Below, in pieces: positions 59,992 through 64,000 of a stretch of DNA of 64,000 bases. How positions within the stretch are numbered: the stretch's first letter is position 1; each line of letters starts with the position of its first letter. The stretch spans positions 9,833 to 73,832 of the forward strand of contig JBKJVX010000255.1 of NCBI GenBank assembly GCA_046717065.1, written 5' to 3'. The notes under the pieces are model-generated. The model was not told where the DNA came from and ran no database searches. It was given only the letters and a program-made list of their open reading frames with translations. The position numbers and the translations under genes were made by a program. This DNA comes from Arthrobacter sp. Its GTDB lineage: Bacteria > Actinomycetota > Actinomycetes > Actinomycetales > Micrococcaceae.

Positions 59992-60762
59992 CTACCTTCC
60001 CCCTGAAACGGGCAGCACGGCGCCGGTGATATAGCCCGCCTCCGCCGACATCAGCCACAGTACGGCGCCTGCCACCTCTTCGGGTTCAGCGCCCCTGCCG
60101 AGCGGAATAGTCGAATTCAGCCGCTCAACGCGGTCCGGCATACCGGCCGCGGCGTGAAGGCCGGTGTTGGTGCTCCCGGGCGCCACTGCGTTCACCCGGA
60201 TGCCCTGCTTTGCCACTTCAGCCGCCAGGCCTGTGGTGAGCACGTCCACCGCCCCCTTGGACGCCGCGTAGTGCGCCCAGGTTCCGGGGGAACCTGCCTT
60301 GGTTGCGGTGGAGGAGATATTGATGATGGAACCGCCGGCGCCGCCCGCCTGGCTGTCCAGGCGCCGCACCGCTTCCTGGCAGACGTAGATCAGCCCGGTG
60401 ACGTTGACATCCATGACCCGCCGGATGTTCTCAGCGGGCACGTCCACGAGGTTCCCGATCAGGTTGCCGGTGATACCCGCGTTGTTTACTACTGCTGTCA
60501 GCGGCCCAAGCCGCGCGGCGGCGTCGAACAGGGAGCGGACTGCGGCGGGATCGCTGACGTCGGCCTCGGCACGCACTGCTGTGCCGCCGTCGTCCGTGAT
60601 GTCCTTTACCACCGCCGCGGCACCGTCAGCATCGGCGGAGTAGTTCACCACCACGGCGTAACCGGTACGGGCAGCCAACCGGGCGGTGGCGGCACCGATG
60701 CCCCGGCTGGCCCCGGTGACCACCATAACGCCGCGGGTGGCGGGGCCGGAAACGACGCCCAC
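59992..60762 (-). CDS. Short-chain dehydrogenase/reductase (classical SDR)
   Basis: TGASRGIG, NNAG, S...YAASK, VNAVAPG. Confidence 0.92.
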   Translation of the reverse strand: MGVVSGPATRGVMVVTGASRGIGAATARLAARTGYAVVVNYSADADGAAAVVKDITDDGGTAVRAEADVSDPAAVRSLFDAAARLGPLTAVVNNAGITGNLIGNLVDVPAENIRRVMDVNVTGLIYVCQEAVRRLDSQAGGAGGSIINISSTATKAGSPGTWAHYAASKGAVDVLTTGLAAEVAKQGIRVNAVAPGSTNTGLHAAAGMPDRVERLNSTIPLGRGAEPEEVAGAVLWLMSAEAGYITGAVLPVSGGR

Positions 60763-60764
60763 CG

Positions 60765-61568
60765 CTATTCTGCGAGCTTGTGCTTCAAAGCGATTTCGAT
60801 GGCGGCGCCTACGATGCCGGCCTCGTTCCGCAGGACCGCAGGCACGATCGGTGTGCGGAGCTTGAGCTTCGGCAGGTACTCGTCTGCCCGCTTGGAAATG
60901 CCCCCGCCTACGATGAACAGTTCGGGGGAGAACAGGAACTCGACATGGGAGAAGTAGCGCTGCAGCAGGACACTGTATTCGTCCCAGGTGAGGCCGTCCC
61001 TTTCACGGGCCACGGCGGAGGCCTTGGTTTCCGCGTCGTGGCCGTCGATTTCCAGGTGGCCCAGCTCGGCGTTCGGTACGAGTTTGCCGTCGAAGATAAA
61101 GGCCGAGCCGATTCCCGTACCGAGGGTGATCACCAGAACCGTTCCGGCGACCCCTGCCCCGGCGCCATAGCGGGCCTCCGCGAGGCCGGCGGCGTCGGCG
61201 TCGTTGATGACCTCGACCGGACGGCCCAGGCGCGCCGTCAGGAGGCCGTCGATGTCGGTGTTGAGCCAGCTCTTGTCCACGTTCGCGGCAGAGTGGACCA
61301 CGCCGTGCTGGATGATGCCGGGGAATGTGACGCCAACGGGGGAGCCGGCGGCAGGCGCCTCAGGGCGTGCCGAAAGCTCGGAAACCACCAGTGCCACTGC
61401 CTCGGCGACCGACTCGGGGGTGGCCGGCTGAGGGGTGGGAACGCGGAATCGGTCACCCAGCAGTTTGCCCTTCTTCAGGTCGACAATGCCGCCCTTGATT
61501 CCCGTGCCTCCGATGTCGATGCCGATCAGCGGGGCGTTCTTGTGCGACTTCTCGTCCTTCTTGGCCAA
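60765..61568 (-). CDS. ppgK: Polyphosphate/ATP glucokinase
   Basis: GIDIGGTGIKG, NDADAAGLAE, TLGTGIGS, NAELGH, GGGISK; no ROK Zn-Cys motif; adjacent to map. Confidence 0.92.
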   Translation of the reverse strand: MAKKDEKSHKNAPLIGIDIGGTGIKGGIVDLKKGKLLGDRFRVPTPQPATPESVAEAVALVVSELSARPEAPAAGSPVGVTFPGIIQHGVVHSAANVDKSWLNTDIDGLLTARLGRPVEVINDADAAGLAEARYGAGAGVAGTVLVITLGTGIGSAFIFDGKLVPNAELGHLEIDGHDAETKASAVARERDGLTWDEYSVLLQRYFSHVEFLFSPELFIVGGGISKRADEYLPKLKLRTPIVPAVLRNEAGIVGAAIEIALKHKLAE

Positions 61569-61692
61569 TGGGTTTTCCGTTCGTGGCAGGGGCGGGCAGG
61601 GAAGGGGCGGCGGGAAGCCGGCCCGGTAGTTGCGTGGTCAACGGCGCTGGCTGACCGGTAACACGTGTTGGGAAGCTTGGGACTGCTGCGGG

Positions 61693-62571
61693 TCAGGGGA
61701 GGGTCAGGATCTCCGCCCCGGACTCGGTGACCAGCAGGGTGTGCTCAAACTGGGCCGTGCGCTTGCGGTCCCGCGTCACAACGGTCCAGTCATCGGCCCA
61801 CATGTCCCACTCCACGGTGCCCAGCGTCAGCATCGGTTCAATGGTGAACACCATGCCGGGCTCAATCACCGTGCTGTAGGCGGGGGCGGCGTCGTAGTGC
61901 GGGATAATGAGTCCGGTGTGGAAGGCCTCCCCGACGCCGTGGCCGGTGAAGTCCCGGACCACCCCGTAGCCAAAGCGCTTGGCGTAGGACTGGATGGCGC
62001 GGCCGATCACGTTGATCTCGCGTCCCGGGGCAACGGCCTTGATGGCACGGTTGAGGGATTCCTGCGTCCGTTCCACGAGCAGGCGGGACTCTTCGTCAAC
62101 ATCCCCTACCAGGAAGGTGTAGTTGGTGTCTCCGTGGACGCCGTCGATGTAGGCCGTGATGTCGATGTTGAGGATGTCGCCGTCGTTGACCACGGTGGTG
62201 TCCGGGATCCCGTGGCAGATGACCTCGTTCAGGGACGAGCACAAGGACTTGGGGAATCCCCGGTATCCGAGGGTGGAGGGGTAGGCGTGGTGGTCAAGGA
62301 GGAACTCATGGCCCACCTTGTCCAGCTGGTCGGTGGTGACACCGGGCTCGATGTGCCTGCCTACTTCGACGATGGCTTGCGCGGCGATTTTTGCGGCCAC
62401 GCGGATCTTCTCGACGGTTTCCGCGGACTTTACCTCGGAGCCCGTGAACTTCGCGGGTGCCGGCCTGCCCACATACTCGGGGCGGGGGATGGACGCCGGT
62501 ACGGGACGCTGCGGGCTGACGGTTCCCGGGGTAAGGGTGCCGATGGGTGCAGTCGAGGCAAGGGAAGGCAT
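61693..62571 (-). CDS. map: Type I methionine aminopeptidase
   Basis: CHGIPD, DITAY..GVHGDT, GHGVG..FH, FTIEPM, AQFEHT; TATGAT-6 nt-ATG. Confidence 0.96.
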   Translation of the reverse strand: MPSLASTAPIGTLTPGTVSPQRPVPASIPRPEYVGRPAPAKFTGSEVKSAETVEKIRVAAKIAAQAIVEVGRHIEPGVTTDQLDKVGHEFLLDHHAYPSTLGYRGFPKSLCSSLNEVICHGIPDTTVVNDGDILNIDITAYIDGVHGDTNYTFLVGDVDEESRLLVERTQESLNRAIKAVAPGREINVIGRAIQSYAKRFGYGVVRDFTGHGVGEAFHTGLIIPHYDAAPAYSTVIEPGMVFTIEPMLTLGTVEWDMWADDWTVVTRDRKRTAQFEHTLLVTESGAEILTLP

Positions 62572-62689
62572 AGATTGATCATATAAGGCACCACAGAAGG
62601 CCTAACAACCGGGAGCCGCGTCTGTCCCGCGTAAGGGTTTAAGTTACGCGCGTCACGCAGGTTCCTGCCTGCCGGAACGGGGAACAACG

Positions 62690-62854
62690 ATGACTGAGTA
62701 CTGGTACAACATCAAAACCCACGAGGTGGAGGAGGACCGGCTCTCGGACTGGAGCCAGCTGATCGGCCCCTACAGAACCAGGGCAGAAGCGGAGCACGCC
62801 CTCGAGAAGGTCCGGGCCCGCAATGAAGCCTGGGAAAAGGACGACGACGACTGA
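62690..62854 (+). CDS. Small (54 aa) conserved actinobacterial protein, SPOR-like annotation; missing from ORF track
   Basis: MTEYWYNIKTHEVEEDRLSDWSQLIGPYRTRAEAEHALEKVRARNEAWEKDDDD; preceded by GGGGA; followed by a hairpin. Confidence 0.8.
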   Translation: MTEYWYNIKTHEVEEDRLSDWSQLIGPYRTRAEAEHALEKVRARNEAWEKDDDD

Positions 62855-62865
62855 CGGCACGCAGG

Positions 62866-62890
62866 GCAGGCCGGCCTGGCGCCGGCCTGC
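62866..62890. terminator. Hairpin between convergent small ORF and panB
   Basis: GCAGGCCGGC-CTGGC-GCCGGCCTGC. Confidence 0.6.
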
Positions 62891-62907
62891 TTCCGGGGAA
62901 CCCGCGG

Positions 62908-63804
62908 CTAGAAAGTGTGCTCAGGCCCGGGGAACTGGCCGGACCTGACATCCTCACCGTACGCCGCTGCCGCATCAAGGAGAGTGGTCCGAAGGTCCGC
63001 GTACTGCTTGACGAACTTGGCCATCCTGCCGCCCCGGAGTCCGGCCATGTCCTGCCAGACCAGCACCTGGCCGGTGGTCTCCTTGCCGGCGCCGATGCCC
63101 ACGGTGGGAACGGAAACGGCCTTATCCACTGCCGCCGCCGTCTCCGCGGGGACCATTTCCATCAGCACGCTGAAGGCGCCGGCATCCGCCAACGCCACGG
63201 CGTCGTCAATCAGGCGTTGAGCGTCGTCGCCGCGGCCCTGGACACGGTAACCGCCCAGCGCGTGCTCACTCTGCGGCGTAAAACCGATGTGGGCCATCAC
63301 CGGAATCCCTGCCTGCACCATGGCCCGGACCGTCGGCGCATAGTATTTCCCGCCTTCGATTTTGACGGCATGCGCCAGGCCTTCCTTCAGGAACCGCACG
63401 CCCGCGGCGACGGCCTGCTCGGGGGAAACCTCGTAGCTGCCGAACGGCAGGTCGGCCACAACGAGGGCGCGCCTGGCGGACCTCGCCACTGCGCGGCACA
63501 GGGGCAGCAGTTCATCCACGGTTACCGGCAGGCTGGTCTCATTGCCGAAGACATTGTTGGACGCCGAGTCACCCACGAGGAGCACCTCGATGCCGGCAGC
63601 GTCGAAGATTTCTGCCGTGTACTGCTCGTAGGCAGTCAGCATCGCGAACCTGGTGCCGTCATTCTTGGCCTGCTGAAGGTGGTGGACGCGCACCTTGGCC
63701 GGCTTCCGCTCCGAGGGTGGCGGCGCGCCCTGGCCGGGCCCGCTGCCGTAGGGGGCGGGGACGTCGGCGGACGTGCTTGAGTCAGGGCTGTTGCTTGAGG
63801 CCAT
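62908..63804 (-). CDS. panB: 3-methyl-2-oxobutanoate hydroxymethyltransferase
   Basis: [48 protein letters not shown]; TACGCT-6 nt-ATG. Confidence 0.95.
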   Translation of the reverse strand: MASSNSPDSSTSADVPAPYGSGPGQGAPPPSERKPAKVRVHHLQQAKNDGTRFAMLTAYEQYTAEIFDAAGIEVLLVGDSASNNVFGNETSLPVTVDELLPLCRAVARSARRALVVADLPFGSYEVSPEQAVAAGVRFLKEGLAHAVKIEGGKYYAPTVRAMVQAGIPVMAHIGFTPQSEHALGGYRVQGRGDDAQRLIDDAVALADAGAFSVLMEMVPAETAAAVDKAVSVPTVGIGAGKETTGQVLVWQDMAGLRGGRMAKFVKQYADLRTTLLDAAAAYGEDVRSGQFPGPEHTF

Positions 63805-63937
63805 GGCATGAGCGTAATGCGGCACCGGCGGTCCTAGCTACAGGCGCTGTCTCCAGCATGGGTGATTCGTGTCATAAGGGAGGCGTCTGCGGCGGCCCGG
63901 GCAAGGGCTGCTGTTGGTGCGATTTCCCCGGCCGCCG

Positions 63938-63954
63938 TGTTAACGCTGTGTTAC
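63938..63954. promoter_or_regulatory. OmpR-type direct repeat (GlnR/MtrA-like) upstream of the gene beyond the window
   Basis: TGTTAA-N5-TGTTAC (GTAAC-N6-TTAAC on the minus strand). Confidence 0.5.
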
Positions 63955-64000
63955 GCGGCCTGCAGGCTCCAGCATCGGCGTCAATTGCTTAGTACAGTGA

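Overview
High-GC (roughly 66%) actinobacterial chromosome segment, most likely Micrococcaceae (Arthrobacter/Pseudarthrobacter, inferred from gene order and protein style). It is almost entirely core genome. In order: scpA-scpB-rluB-tyrA-cmk-acyltransferase-der-tRNA-Pro; Fpg/Nei; gcvH-garA-MerR-bifunctional nuclease-MerR (Rv1826-Rv1830-like); orphan ParA; pyc; fadD / ROK glucokinase / two tandem esterases / acyltransferase / class II DAHP synthase; PknL-like PASTA kinase, LysM-SLT hydrolase, Rv2175c-like protein, idsA, lipoprotein, dinB, DUF3040; the full dcw cluster (mraZ to divIVA); lspA, RluA-family synthase, dnaE, hisD, nrdR, SDR, ppgK, map, a 54-aa ORF missing from the ORF track, and panB. 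I saw no CRISPR array, IS, prophage or defence island, and I cannot support a novel multi-gene system. The best leads are non-coding. (i) A five-copy, exactly 9-bp-periodic TGTKAH array lies upstream of the LysM-SLT hydrolase. (ii) Tandem NrdR boxes abut an McdR-like palindrome upstream of nrdR. (iii) The second MerR gene has GGG where its SD predicts the start codon. (iv) Shared FtsR-like and GACACG motifs occur at ftsZ and at that MerR gene. (v) An mraW RNA motif and inverted MraZ boxes lie at the head of dcw. (vi) dnaE and hisD have near-identical leaderless promoters. Motif consensuses from other actinobacteria are recalled from memory and need checking.
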